The translations under genes and the position numbers were made by a program. A stretch of 64,000 bases of DNA from Octopus sinensis (lineage: Eukaryota): assembly GCF_006345805.1 (NCBI RefSeq), contig NC_043005.1:37696001-37760000 (forward strand), given 5' to 3'. Below, one piece after another: positions 26,779 to 40,686 of this stretch. Under the pieces are notes generated by a model. That model was not told where the DNA came from and searched no databases. It saw only the letters and a list, made by a program, of their open reading frames with translations. Numbering within the stretch: position 1 is the stretch's first letter; every line of letters begins with the position of its first letter.

Positions 26779-27727
26779 GGTGGTGAACTGGCAGAATCAT
26801 TAAGCATGCCGGGTGAAATGCTTTGCAGCATTTTGTCTGTCTTCAAGTTCAGAGTTCAAATACCACTGAGATCAGCTTTGCCTTTCATCCATTCAGGGTC
26901 AATAAAATAGGTACCTGCTGAACATTGGGGTTGATATAATTAATTACCCCCTCCCCCAAATTTCAGGCCTTGTGCCTATATTAGAAAAGATTATTATAAT
27001 TATTATTATTATTATTAATATTATTATTATTATTATTATTATTATATTATTATTATTATTATTATTATTTTTAATGATGATGATGATGGTAAGGGCTCCA
27101 GTCCAGGTTAGTATCAAGAGAGATGTGGTCATTATCGTTGATCCCAGCATATTATTGGTGCTACTTAGATCAAATGAATGAAGATTGAAAGTCAATATTG
27201 AATCAGTATTGTACTGAACTCAAAACAACAAGGTACTGTAAATCCTCTTGTCCAGCTCAGTGCACCCTGCATGAAATGAAATAATGATAATGTTAAAAAA
27301 CAAAATTTCCAATTGTCATAACATTTAATTTTAGTAATGCATTCATTGAAAGAAAAAATATTTTTGATATACTTTATGGTTTTATTCTTAAATACATTTT
27401 TTTTTTCTTTCTAAATATCATAGCAACAGTTATATTAAAAGCTTTACTTGCCTGAAGCATCATGGGAAGAATAATAAAAAAAGAATTCATTTAGCTACAG
27501 TTTGCTATAACTTTTACCCTATCATCTAAATAAGATAGTGGAAAGGTACCCTTTCTAATAATATAATTTCCTTATTTTTGCCCATTAAAATTTTTGAAAA
27601 TTTTTTTTTATTATGTTTTTCTGCAATTGTTATTTTGGTTACTTTTGGTTTTTACAATTTCTCTTAAGTGAAAGAATGAGAAACATCATTATAAGGTATA
27701 CACTGTAAAATACAAATACACATACAC

Positions 27728-27764
<37 letters not shown>

Positions 27765-28501
27765 ATACACATGAGCATGTATTCACAGTCATAGCTTTCC
27801 ATATCTTATCATACATACAGAAACAAGTGTATGTCTGTGCATATGTAAATATGTATGCCTATATATGCATGGAGGTGTATACACACACACACACACACAA
27901 AACACAGAAGTAAACAGAGTAAATTGAAACATACAGGTGTACACCAACATATATGTTTGAACATACACACAAACAGAGACAAATCTATTTACTTTAAATA
28001 AATTTACATGCACCTACACACAAACATGCTACATAGAACCATATACATGCCTAAGTATATAATTAAGTATACACAAGTGGATAAATTTATATGCAAGTGG
28101 ATAAACACCATTGTTCTGGTAAATGTGTACAGCTGTAAATAAAGCATAGAAAGGAAAAGGAAAAAAAGATATATATACATCTTCTTTATACACAAGTATA
28201 TTTATATTTCAACACATAATTTCAATTGCAAGCACATAAATACATACATATATATATATAACAAAAATCCAACTGCAAATCGTTATCTAACAACTGCAAG
28301 AAATATACATGTACACATGCACACATGTGTGCATGTACACACATATATTTTTACATGCAGCACACATGCACATTTACATACATGTGCACATGTGCATACA
28401 CACAAACTTGCACAATCACTTTTATATTCACATATTGATATGTATATACTGATGCACAAAACTTCATACACACACTCACACACAGACACACACACACACA
28501 C

Positions 28502-28538
<37 letters not shown>

Positions 28539-28739
28539 ATGCATGTGTATTTAAATTAACATTTCATCTGTTTGTTGTCAGTATAATGAAGAGTAATTGT
28601 AAATTTTCACTGATGGTTTGACAAATTTAAGCCTGAAAGGGAATATAAAGATGATATAAAATGGTGTTGTGTATTCAAGAAGGTGTGCATAAGTTTGTGC
28701 AGGCTTCTATATTTGTATCTCTCTCTCTCTCTCTCTTTA

Positions 28740-28781
<42 letters not shown>

Positions 28782-28983
28782 CGTGTGTGTGTGTGTGTGT
28801 ATCTGAATGTATGTATGCTTAAATATGTTTGTAAATATATATTCTTCATAAAATGTATTTAGATATGTGTCTAAGCATATACATGTGAGTATATACATGA
28901 TATGCATTTCTTTGTATTTCAATTGATATGTACATATATAATTTTGTATGAATGTGTGTCACAGCATGTCCCTATATACATAT

Positions 28984-29087
28984 AGAGACGGCTATACATT
29001 TTCTATACAATTATCTATAAGCAATTTATATATATATATAAATAAATTGCTTATAGATAATTGTATGGAAAATGTATAGCTGTCTCT
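28984..29087. repeat. 46-bp inverted repeat with (TA)n loop
   Basis: 28984-29029 and 29042-29087 are complementary except at two positions, both G-U on the + strand. Confidence 0.9.
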
Positions 29088-29402
29088 GGAATATGAAATT
29101 ATTAAATCTAATTTTAAATCTATTATTTTTGAGGTTTCTTATTTTAAGTTCAAATGTAATCATTTATGTGAACAATTCAAAGCGAGCTTGTAGGTAAATG
29201 CATGTCAAAGTACACATACATACATACAAACACATCTATGCATACAAATCTATTTGAATAAATATATATGAGTGCATTTCTGTTTGGCGTGTGTATATCA
29301 ATCAGTCTGTGAATGGATGTACAAACATATGGGTATGTATATGCATATGTATATATGTATGTATGTATGAATGTGTGTGTATATATATGTATGTATGTAT
29401 CT

Positions 29403-29813
29403 CTTTCTCTTTTTCTCTTTTTACTTGTTTCAGTCATTTTGACTACAGCCATGCTGGAGCACTGCCTTTAATCGAGCAATTCGACCCCGGGACTTATTCT
29501 TTGTAAGCCCAGTACTTATTCTATCGGTCTCTTTTGCTGAAACGCTAAGTGACGGGGACATAAACACACCAGCATTGGCTGTCAATCGATGTTGGGAGAA
29601 CAAACACAGAGACACAAACATAGACGTACATACATATATATACATACATACAACGAGGTTCTTTCAGTTTCCGTCTACCAAATCCACTCACAAAGCTTTG
29701 GTCGGCCCGAGGCTATAGTAGAAGACACTTGCCCAAGGTGCCATGCAGTGGGACTGAACCCGGAACCACGTGGTTCGTAAACAAGCTACTTACCACATAG
29801 CCACTCCTGCGCC
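29403..29813 (-). mobile_element. Near full-length tRNA-derived SINE (CORE-like central block)
   Basis: The minus strand starts GGCGCAGGAGTGGCTATGTGG (A-box-like) ... GGTTCAGTCCC (B-box-like) ... GGCACCTTGGGCAAGTGTCTT. An internal (TA/TG) tract follows and the tail is gactgaaacaagtaaaagag. Confidence 0.88.
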
Positions 29814-29829
29814 TATGTATGTATGTATT

Positions 29830-30218
29830 TATCTATCTATCTAATTTTTACCTTTTTCTTGTACCAGTCATTAGACCCCAGCTATGCTGTGGCACTATGT
29901 TGAAGAATTTTTAGCTGAATGAAACAACCCCAGTTTTTAGAATTTAAAAAAAATAAAACTAAGTACGTACTTTTTTTAGGAGGTGATAGGTTGCTAAACT
30001 GCTAAGTTACAGTGACAGAAACAAACGTTAAATGACGTGTGGGGACAAACACAGACATGAAGACACACATCACACAAATGTATATATATATATATATGAC
30101 AAACTTCTTTCAGTTTCCATCTACCAAATCCACTCCCAAGACTTTCGTCTGCCTGAGCCTATAGTAGAAGATACTTGCCCAAAGGTACCATGGCTGCACC
30201 CTTATGCAGCCACATCTG

Positions 30219-30255
<37 letters not shown>

Positions 30256-30276
30256 GTATGTATGTATGTTTATATA

Positions 30277-30312
<36 letters not shown>

Positions 30313-30358
30313 TATATATATATATACATACACACACACATACACACACACACATACA

Positions 30359-30424
<66 letters not shown>

Positions 30425-30651
30425 TGTATATTCTTTTTATCATTTACTTGTTTCAGTCATTAGATTGCAGCCATATTAGGAACCATCTTGAAGAATTTTT
30501 AAACAAATATATGGACCCCTATAATTTTTTAACGCTTATTCTGTCAGTGTCTTTTGCTGAACTGCTAAGTTATGGGGAAATAAACACACCAGCACCAGTT
30601 GTTAAGCAGTGGTCGGGGGACAAACTGAGATACCAAAGCATGCACACACAC

Positions 30652-30702
<51 letters not shown>

Positions 30703-30712
30703 CACACACCTC

Positions 30713-30755
<43 letters not shown>

Positions 30756-30880
30756 ATATACAATGGCCTATTTCAGTTAAAGGCTTTAGTTTGCATGAGG
30801 CTATAGTACAAGGCACTTACCCAAGGTGCCACATAGTGTGACTGAACCATGAACCATTTGGCTTGGAAGCAAACTTCCCA
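29830..30880 (-). mobile_element. Two further degenerate tRNA/CORE-like SINE copies (~29830-30210 and ~30425-30880)
   Basis: Contain ctatagtagaagatacttgcccaaagg and ctatagtacaaggcacttacccaaggtgcc with the family tails. A 5' fragment also lies at 22860-23010. Confidence 0.7.
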
Positions 30881-31372
30881 ATGCTTGATGGGAGACACCA
30901 ACATCAATATGTGTGTAAAATGCCAGCTATGTATTTGTGCTTAATGACTATCGATACCAACAAATTGAGGCATGAAATATATTGAAGATGTGCATGTCAT
31001 CATCAAGTTAATGAGCAACTTGACACCTGCAGACACCAGCATCTTCATCATCACCAGTGCAATGTTTGTTCTCACTAGCTATCAAAATACTTTCTTTTAT
31101 TGCCAGTATCATCAGTCTAATTACTACAGTCATTACAATAATAATAATTTCTGTGACTATAGGCACAAGGCCTGAAATTTTTGGTAGCAGAGACTAGTCA
31201 ATTACATCAAATTCAGTGCTCAACTGGTTCATATTTCATTGACTCCAGAAGGTTGAAAGGTATATTTGACCTCAGTGAAACTGGAACTCAGAATCTAAAG
31301 AGATTGAAGAAATATCACTTGGTGTTTTGCCTAACTGGCTGATGATTCTACCAGCTTTGCACCTTAATAATG

Positions 31373-31408
<36 letters not shown>

Positions 31409-31528
31409 TCTGTGAATTTGCACATGTAATCTGGGAATGCATACAATGCCCTTCTCTGCCCTAGGTGTATGGAAAACACTCGGTGAGAAACGGAAGAAAA
31501 TTTGAAGAAAGAAGGAAAAAACATAATG

Positions 31529-31568
<40 letters not shown>

Positions 31569-31587
31569 TAATAATGACAATAATTGT

Positions 31588-32120
31588 AAAGCACTGGCTC
31601 TCATGAGCTCTGATTTTCACTAAATGGAAGTGTTATCATGTACATGTTTTGTCTTGTTATAAAAATATGGACTACAGCAAATATTTTGCTCAATACCACA
31701 GATTTACTTGTCAGTTGCTTGACCGTAACCAGTTGGAATGTCACTTAGTGGCTAACAAAATGTGCACCTTTGATCATAAGCAGAAGTAGTGGGGGAGCAT
31801 CATAGCCATGTGTTGAGAGGGATTCTTTGGGGTTTGAATAATTCACCTCTGGAAACATGGGTGTTTTGTTCAACATCTTTAAACAACCCTTATTCAGGGA
31901 CCTTTTGAGTGGGATGGGTTACTCGAACAGAAAATTCTACCTGGGCCCCACCTGCAAGGTCATGTGCTGTTTATCTTTATATGAGATCACCATGTTGCAC
32001 ACATATGGTTGTGATGCATGTGCCTAGTGTACCCTTATCGGACAGGTAGTCATGATGGGTATACTGGGCTTTGTATATTTTACCCCAGTGTCACTTTGAT
32101 GGCATGCACAGCTCTCTCAC
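31588..32120. mobile_element. Family A copy, reverse orientation
   Basis: Reverse complement of the 25296 copy, ending gctctctcac and flanked by (AAT)n. Confidence 0.82.
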
Positions 32121-32164
32121 ACAATAATAATAATAATAATAATAATGCTTATGATAATAATCCT

Positions 32165-32378
32165 TTATTGGCACAAAGCCAGTAATCTTGATGGGTGGAG
32201 AAATCATTCTCATAGATGTCTGTACTCTACTAGTACTTATTTTACTGACCCTGAAGGATGAAAGGATGAATATTGATCTCAGCAGAATTTGAACTCAGAA
32301 TATAAAAAGCCAGAATGAATGTCACTAAGTACACTGTTCAACATGCAAATTGTTCTGCCAGCTTGCCACCTTAGAGGC

Positions 32379-32427
<49 letters not shown>

Positions 32428-32850
32428 TTAAAAATGATAATATTGGTTTCAAATTTTACACAAGGGCAGCAATTTTTGTTGGGATGGGGTGAGTCAATTA
32501 CATTAGCTCCAGTGTTTGACTGGTACTTATTTTATCGATCCTGAATGGATAAAAAGGTAAAGTCGACCTTGGCAGAATTTGAACTCAGAATATAATCCTT
32601 TTTACTATAGGTGCAAGGGCTGAAATTTTGGAGGGGTGGGCTAGTCTATGACATCGACTCCAGTGCATAACTGAAATTTTGGGATTGAGGGCTTGCTGAT
32701 TATCTCATCTCCAGTGCTCAACTGGTATGTATTTCATCGACTCTGAAAGGTAAAGTCAGCCTCGGCAGGATTTGAACATGATGGGTATAGAGAAATAAAA
32801 TGCCGTTGAGCATTTAAACCCATTCTGTCATCTCACCACCTTTATAATAA
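32165..32850 (-). mobile_element. Chain of family-B SINE copies; another at ~31165-31365
   Basis: Repeated gaatttgaactcagaatata, gtaaagtcgaccttggcag and ggctgaaattttg units. Confidence 0.75.
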
Positions 32851-32852
32851 TC

Positions 32853-33667
32853 ATCATCATCATCATCATCATCATCGTTTAACGTCCGCATTCCATGCTA
32901 GCATGGGTTGGACGGTTCAACTGGGGTCTGGCAAGCCCGAAGGCTGCACCAGGCCAGTCAGATCTGGCAGTGTTTCTACAGCTGGATGCCCTTCCTAACG
33001 CCAACCACTCCGAGAGTGTAGTGGGTGATTTTATGTGCCACCGACACAGGTGCCAGACGAGGCTGGCAGACGGCCACGCTCGGATGGTGTTTTTTTTTAT
33101 GTGCCACCGACACAGGTGCCAGACGAGGCTGGCTGACGGCCACGCTCGGATGGTGTTTTCTTATGTGTCACCGACACAGGTGCCAGACGGGGCTGGCGGA
33201 TGGCCACGCTCGGATGGTGTTTGTTATGTGCCCTCAGCACGGAGGCCAGTCATTGCGGTACTGGCTATGATCACGTTCGGATGGTTTTCTTATGTGCCAC
33301 CGGCACTGGTACCACAAGGATACAAATTCCATTGATGTTCATCTATTTTGATTTGGTTCGATTTGATTTGATTTGATTCGATTCGATTCTCACTTGCCTC
33401 AACAGGTCTTCACAAGTGTCACAAGAAGGAAGGTATGCACAGGTGGACTGACTACGTCCCAGGTAGGGGCCACGGATTATGGCTTCACTAGTCTTGCCGG
33501 GTCTTCTCACGCACAGCATACTTCCATAGGTCTCGGTCTCTAGTCATTTCCATGGTGAGACCTAACGTCCGAAGGTCGTGCTTCACCACTTCATCCCAGG
33601 TTTTCCTGGGTCTACCTCTTCCACGGGTTCCCTCAACTGCTAGGGATTGGCACTTTCTCACACACCT
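32853..33667 (-). mobile_element. RTE-clade LINE 3' fragment, second subfamily
   Basis: Same ORF end as 23.8-24.0 kb (KCQSLAVEGTRGRGRPRKTWDEVVKHDLRTLGL) and same terminal tail. The 3' UTR instead carries ~65-bp tandem units starting at 33033, 33099, 33163, 33226 and 33292. Confidence 0.88.
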
Positions 33668-35246
33668 TTATAATAATAATAATAATAATGATAATAATAA
33701 TAATAATAATAATGATAATAATTATAATAATGATAATAATGAAGATGATGATGATCACGATCAGCTATTTTAATTATAACAAGGAAAATGTCATCATTAT
33801 ATTTAGCGTTACTATGATGGTGATGTGACTGATATTAATCATTATCATCATCATACTCATCATTACTTTCAATATCATTTCTAACAACTGTGTAGTAGTC
33901 ACTGTTGCTGTTATAATCATTGGCATCATATACCATCACTATTATCATCATCATCATCCACATCATTTACAGTTCTACTAATTTCTTTATTACCATCTTC
34001 TTCCCTGACCTTATGGCACTGATGAAAGTATATTATACATTGCTGCTACTACTGCTGCTAATGATAATGATGATGATGCATTATTATGTTGATGGTATTA
34101 TTTATAGGATGAAGACAAATTTAATTGATATGAGGAGAAAGAAAAATGACTACCAAACTTAGGTATGAACAAGCTAATTAGTCCATTACTATGTTGATCA
34201 AATGAATTTTAATGTATGTACATGTGTATCAGGGTAGCTAACGAACTATGTAATCATTAGTGATTGTGTCCGTCTGTATGTATGTAGAAACACTAATTCA
34301 TGTTTGTTAGAGTACACATAGGTATGTATTAGTATACAAACATTTACTCACACACACACACACACACACACCACACATACATGTATATGCAATTGACATA
34401 TTGACATTCACATAGAATATACATGTATATAGCAAATAGGGTATGTGTGGGGTGTTTTATCAGTAAAAACATTAACGTGCTCAGTACATGATGTTTGTGT
34501 GTGTGTGTTTCTATAGGTGTCTAGCTAGCTTTACAATTAATTATGTAGTTTCCTGTCAGTATTAGCGCAGATAATAGCAATCTATTGGAAAATTAATGTA
34601 ATTATATATGTATGTGTGTGTGTGAGTGTATCTACATTAATTTATATAATCACATATGTTCTAACACACACACGCACTTTTATGTATGTATCCCTCTATT
34701 TCTACAACCACTTTCATCACTTGACCCTCATCTCATAGCCTATGTACATAGACAGCTTATACTCTATTCATAGCACCTCTATAGCACATCATCACCCCCT
34801 GTATCACTCTGGCTGCCACTAAGCTCTTCTTTTCCCCATGAAATTGTAGGTTTCTCTAACCGCTCTCTCATCTGCATTATGAACACTTCTGTACCCCCCC
34901 CCCCTGTCCCTGCCTATCACTTCTGTCATGCTGTATTGTCTTGAATATACATACCTATCACAGAACACTACACTCTTGAATATTTCACTTTCTCATCACT
35001 TTCATTGATTGCTCTAACATGCATACTCCTCACCCTGTTGAGGGAGCAAAAGAATGGAGTTGTAATGCCTGTGTGGTTGTGTCAAAAACATGGTTACCTC
35101 TCTACTGCTAGTGTCATAAAAATACATCTTGTATGTTCTGTTAAGTGATTGGTGTTAGGAAGGGCTCCTAGCTCTAGAAACCAAACCAAAAGTGAAATGC
35201 AAGATGAACAGAACACCAAATACATTTATGTATGTATGAATGTGTG

Positions 35247-35325
35247 TATGTATGTATGTATGTATGTATGTATGTATGTATGTATGTATGTATGTATGTA
35301 TGTATGTATGTATGTATGTATGTAT
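35247..35325. repeat. (TATG)n tetranucleotide tract; the window also has many compound (TA)/(CA)/(TG) tracts
   Basis: Directly visible. Confidence 0.95.
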
Positions 35326-37705
35326 GTGTGTGTGTGTGCGTGTGTGTGCGTATGTGTGTGTATCTATGTATGTATTTAGGTAGGTAGGTAGGTAGCTAGG
35401 TAGTTAGTAAGTCAGTCAGTTATATATAATTTGACTGAAATGATGCTATTGCTGACATTTCTTGCTGACATTATGACTGGTTATTCAGCACTATCATAGA
35501 CTTGTGGAACATAAAAAAAAATCCCTCCTTGGAAAACAGGTGAGAGTTGGTGACAGGAAAAGTATCCTGCTGTAAAATCTTACCTCTACATCAGTTTCCA
35601 TCAAAGCCATACTTGCATGGAAAGATGAGTGTTTAACAAACAAACAAATGTTAAATCCATTTCCATAATCTTTTATGGTCATATCACTTTACAAATCCGA
35701 TTATAAATTTAACAACAGTTTGATTGCTCTACACCAATCATCCACCAACTTCCCTTCTAAAATTTGAGTAGCCACGAAGCTCCTGTTCTGCTCCCAACCC
35801 TTCTCTCATACTTTAACCTCCCTTCTTCTAGGGTTCATAGTCTGGCAACTTCAGTAGTGCTCGTACCATGTAAACAGCACCCAATACACACTAGAAAAGG
35901 CATCCAGGCACAGAAATCATGCCATGCAGTGCTTCCACAGCATGAAACATGTTTTACTCTAACTCCTTTTTTTCTTTGTACTTTAACTCCTCATCTCCGA
36001 GTATAAAGCTGCCTCTCTCAGAATTCATAGTCTTGCACATTGCATGGCAACCTCACCATTGTTGGTAGCATGGTAGGGCACCCAGTTCACAGTACACACT
36101 ATAAAGCGGTTGGCATTTATAGGGGCATTAGGCTATAGAAACCGTATCAAAGCAGACACTGAAGCACAGTGTATTCCATGGACCTGTTAGTTCTTGTCAA
36201 ATTGTCCAACCCATGCCAACATTGAATATGGATGTTAAATGATGATGATGATGATGATGATGGTGGTGATGGTGGTAGCAGCGATGACGATGATGATGAT
36301 AAATTTTCTAAAACAAATTTTATGCCAGTCATTTTATCTACAAAAGAGGAATTACAGACAGTTCATGGCAGAAGAATTGTACATCAGGATTCTTTTATTT
36401 GATATAGTCTAATATATTCGTATCTGGTCTTTAGTTTAATATCTTCATGTTATGTTGTACCATTTGAGAAGTCATGGAGGAAGATTTCTTTGATTCTGTT
36501 TGTCTGGGCTTCACAAAGAATCAATAACTGCTCAAGTAACTTTTCACTCTGGAAAAGTAAACCCAAACTTCTGAAGTTGGTTTCAATATATTGAACAGAT
36601 AGGCTTTCTAAATTAAGTTACTTCAAAAATATCCAACATTTGTAAGGATTGGTAGATGTTCTTTCACTAGTGGATTGTTGGTGCAATGCTATTACAGGCA
36701 GCACATAGATATTTTTTTTTTTTTTTTTGGAAAAATGTAGAGAATATGTAAATATCTGCAAAATTTATAGAAAGCTTTACTCTCAGCCATTTTCTATATT
36801 GAAACAGAATTCTGCAATATTCTTGCAAATAAAAGAAAGAGTATTTATACTTGGAATATTTTGAGCACATGATCGTCTTAACCTGTCCTGTGATATCTCT
36901 TTTTAGCCAATACTTTTAGGCCCAAAGTTCTCCAATGAAAATAAATCATTATCATCATCATCATCATCAGCAGCAGCAGCAGCAGCAGTAGCAGCATCTT
37001 CAGCATCTGCATTGTTGTTTTAACATGTACTTTGCTATGCTTACATGGGTCAGATAGAATTCATTGAGGCAGATTGGCTACACCTGGATGCATTTCCAAT
37101 CACCAATCCTCATTTGTTTCGAAGCAAGGTGATACGTTTTCAAAGAAGATTGGAAATAAAGGACACCGCTTGCATGACGTTGGCACCCATGTATATCTAT
37201 CCCACAATGACAAGACAGGGAGACACTCGCTCATACATACGTACATACACACACACATACACATGCACTCACATACAGTCATACTTACACACACACACAC
37301 ACAGCTACACCAATGCACTCACACATATCACCTTGCTTCTCGCTACCAAATCTAGTTACTACCTGTCAGCGCCACTCATTCACACATCCAGCACTCACAT
37401 AAACAGAAACACACTGATACTACCGCACACACACTGACCATTTTTACACCTCCCTTCAAATCCATTTGTTTGATATCTCTCCACTTGCTATCACTTCAGC
37501 TGTGTAAGAACACACATGGTTTTCTTGGACTCTTCTTCTCCTTCTCTCTTGTCCTTTCTTTCTGACAAAAAGCCATGCTTGAAATGTCACAATCCTTCTT
37601 TTTGCCATCAACTTAATACATGACTTTAGTTTTTTTCGTTCTTATTTTTTGAGTTGCCTTTCTCTCTTTCTCTCCCCCTCTCATTCTTTTTTTTTATATA
37701 TATAT

Positions 37706-37923
37706 CCGTTCGCCAGCTCTGTCTGGCACCTGTGCAGGTGGCACGTAAAAAACACCCACTACACTCGCGGAGTGGTTGGCGTTAGGAAGGGCATCCAGCC
37801 GTAGAAACACTGCCAGATCTGACTGGGCCTGACGAAGCCTTCCAGCTTCACAGACCCCAGTTGACCCGTTCAACCCATGCTAGCATGGAAAGCGGACGCT
37901 AAACGATGATGATGATGATGATG
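37706..37923 (+). mobile_element. RTE-type 3' tail only (truncated LINE or RTE-tailed SINE)
   Basis: gcgttaggaagggcatccagccgtagaaacactgccagatc...catgctagcatggaaagcggacgctaaac(gat)n is the reverse complement of the tails at 23031-23230 and 32853-33030. Further degenerate copies lie near 35150, 36120-36260 and 63010-63140. Confidence 0.8.
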
Positions 37924-38330
37924 ATGGCTGTGTGGTAAGAAGCTTGTTTCCCAACCACAAGGTTGTGGGTTCGGTCCCACTGCATGGCACTTTGAGCAAG
38001 TGTCTTCAACTATAGTCTCAGGCCAACCAAGACCTTGTGAGTGAATTTTGTAGATGGAAACTGAAAGAAGCCCATCATATATATATATATATATATATAT
38101 GTTTGTGTGTGCGTGTGTCTGTGTTTGTCCCCCCACTATCTCTTGATAACCAATGTTGGTATGTTTATGTCTCAGTAACTTAGTGGTTTGTCAAAAGAGA
38201 CCAATAGAATAAGTTCTAGACTTACAAAGAAATAAGTTCTGTGATCAATTTCTTTCACTATACGCCTTTAAGGCAGAGATTCAGTATGACCAGAGTCAAA
38301 TGACTGAAACAAGTAAAAGATTAAAAGAAT
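37924..38330 (+). mobile_element. tRNA/CORE-like SINE copy
   Basis: atggctgtgtggtaag..ggttcggtcccactgcatggcactttgagcaagtgtc...gactgaaacaagtaaaag. Confidence 0.82.
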
Positions 38331-39614
38331 ATATATAAAGTAAATCAATGCAGTAATTCCTTGCCATATCATGGTCATATCATATCCTATTGTCAAATGA
38401 CATCACTGATAGCCCCAGTGTTACCGTTTTCACACATATTGTCTATACAGAAAAGTGATGTTCACAGTGAAGGTCTTCCTACAGTGGTGGGTATATGTTA
38501 AATATAGTTGTACTCATCTATATTTCAATCAGCACTGACTAATGCATCTCTGGTTAATAAATTCTAGCTTGACCAAACTTTGCACACAGCAGCAAATGTA
38601 TAATTTGCTGCTTAAATATAAAAGAAAAATACTCTATTTTCTTTTTCATTAATAAAGAAGACAGCAAAATATTCCATTTTTGGCTTGTATATACTGGAAT
38701 TTGTTAGTTCGGAACCTCTAAATTAGTGTTTATTGTTGGCAAATTTTAATTGTAATCAGGTAAATTACTCCACTTCCACACTCAGCAACCAACAAACCAG
38801 CCAACCAACCACAGTATTAATGTAGTTACATTTCTCAAGATAACAACCACCAACTTAAATATTATAGTCACCTTGTTACCATTCTTTCTCAAATATCAAA
38901 ACAATTAATCGCAGGAAATTTCCTCAACTTGTGAATAATTCTTTTTTTTTATTATCATTATTATTTTTAATTATCATCTGCTTAAAATTAAATCTTTATT
39001 TTAGTATTTCTTAAAAATTTCAATTATTTATTAACATGTTTTCTCCTCTCTTTCCCGAGTATTTTAGTAATGTTAAAAGAATAAAACCATTTATTGTTGT
39101 TGTTCTCATCGTCATCATCTTCTTTATTGTTATAACCTTCTTTATCATCATCACCTTCATCATGATCACCACTATCATCATCATTAATAATATTATCCTC
39201 ATCTTTGCCATCATCATCTTATTGGTAATAGAATTCAAATAATTTTTTTTGAAGAAGAAAGATATTTATTTAATTTATTTTTCTGTTGTTCTCAACAAGT
39301 TTTTACCTAATCTGCCTATAATTGTTACTCAATGTTATAATTTATTACTTAATTTCACAGAAACATTCACAGCATAAACAATTATAATCTCAAATAGAGA
39401 GTCAGTTGAAATGTTTTTTGGAGAAGGTTGTACAGAAAGAAATTAAGCCATCAACAAATATAAACTGTATTAAAATCATATTATGAGCAACAAAATAGCA
39501 AATATGATAACAATATCAATATCAATAATAATAATAATACTGATAATAATAAGAATATTAATAATAATAATTATAATAATAAATAATGATAATAATAATA
39601 GAAATGATAAGAAT

Positions 39615-40030
39615 GGTTTCTAATTTAGGTACAAGGCCAACCATTTTGAAGGGGAGGGGATTGGGGGATATCTTTTGACTGTTGCTTTACATTATCAACC
39701 ACCAGAGGAATGAAAGACGAAGTTGACTTTGGAATGATTGGAACTCAGAGTATATATGGTTAGAAGAAATACCACAAGGCATTTTGTCCAATACTCTAAT
39801 GATATACTCAAATGATTCTACCAGCTCACCTTCTTCACCACTGCCAACAATGATAATAATGGTTGTGAATTTTGGCTCAAGGCCAGCAATTACATCGATC
39901 CCAGTACTATTTTTATTGCCAATGAAAGGTAAAGTCAACCTTGGTAAAATTTCAACTTAGAACTTAACGATGGACAAAATGCAGTCAAGAATTTTTTCTG
40001 GTGCACTAATGATTCTATCAGCTCATCATC
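39615..40030 (-). mobile_element. Two to three degenerate family-B SINE copies
   Basis: ggtacaaggcca..gaatgaaagacgaagttgactttgg.. and ggtaaagtcaaccttggtaaaatttcaac. Confidence 0.65.
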
Positions 40031-40059
40031 TTGCCAATAATAATAATGATGATGGAAAA

Positions 40060-40600
40060 ACTATCAGTGGCGAGAAATATTCAAAAAGTAACTAAAAAAG
40101 GAGGACAATTATGTACAGAAGGAAGGATGATAGGGCAAATAGTGGGAAGGAGAGGGTATTAAATGGCCAATTTATGTGACAAATTGAGTATATTGGAAAT
40201 AAAGGACACTAGTAGTGGCTGAAAGATGGAACTTTGAAATGAGAAACTGATTATAGCTGCCCAGGTACAAACCAATTGAGTGAATTTGATAGAAATAAAG
40301 ATTTATAAAACTGAAAGAGCAAATGCAGTGTCTGTGGGAAAGGGGATGAAAGGATTAACAACCTGTTAAATGAATGCAGTAAGTTAGCATAAAATGAGTG
40401 TCAGAGTAAGCATTAGTGTGTCAGAGTGCTTTGAGAGGTTAGCCAAGTGTGTTCATTTGAAGTAGCAGAAATGAAGTAAGAACACAAACCAGAAGCTGTG
40501 ATAGAGAATAAAAATTACAGGATTTTATATGATTTTCCTATAAAATTTGACCTTACTATAAAAGCAAGAAGACCAAACAAAGCTGTAAAATTAGAGGCTT
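40060..40600 (+). mobile_element. Second degenerate R4/Dong-like RLE LINE fragment
   Basis: Relic motifs include LNGQF, WLKDGTLK, IIAAQVQ, KCSVCGKGDERINNLLNECSKLA and EHKPEAVIENKNYRILYDFPIK..RRP. Confidence 0.75.
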
Positions 40601-40686
40601 TACCATATATAATAAAGAGGATACCAAAAAACATAAGCAAGCTGAAAAATATTTAAATGCTGAAATATTTGTTGTTGAAACCAACA

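Noticed and set aside
23318-33300. Regularly spaced repeats superficially like a CRISPR array
   Set aside because: They are tandem units inside LINE 3' UTRs with no unique spacers and no cas genes, in eukaryotic DNA.
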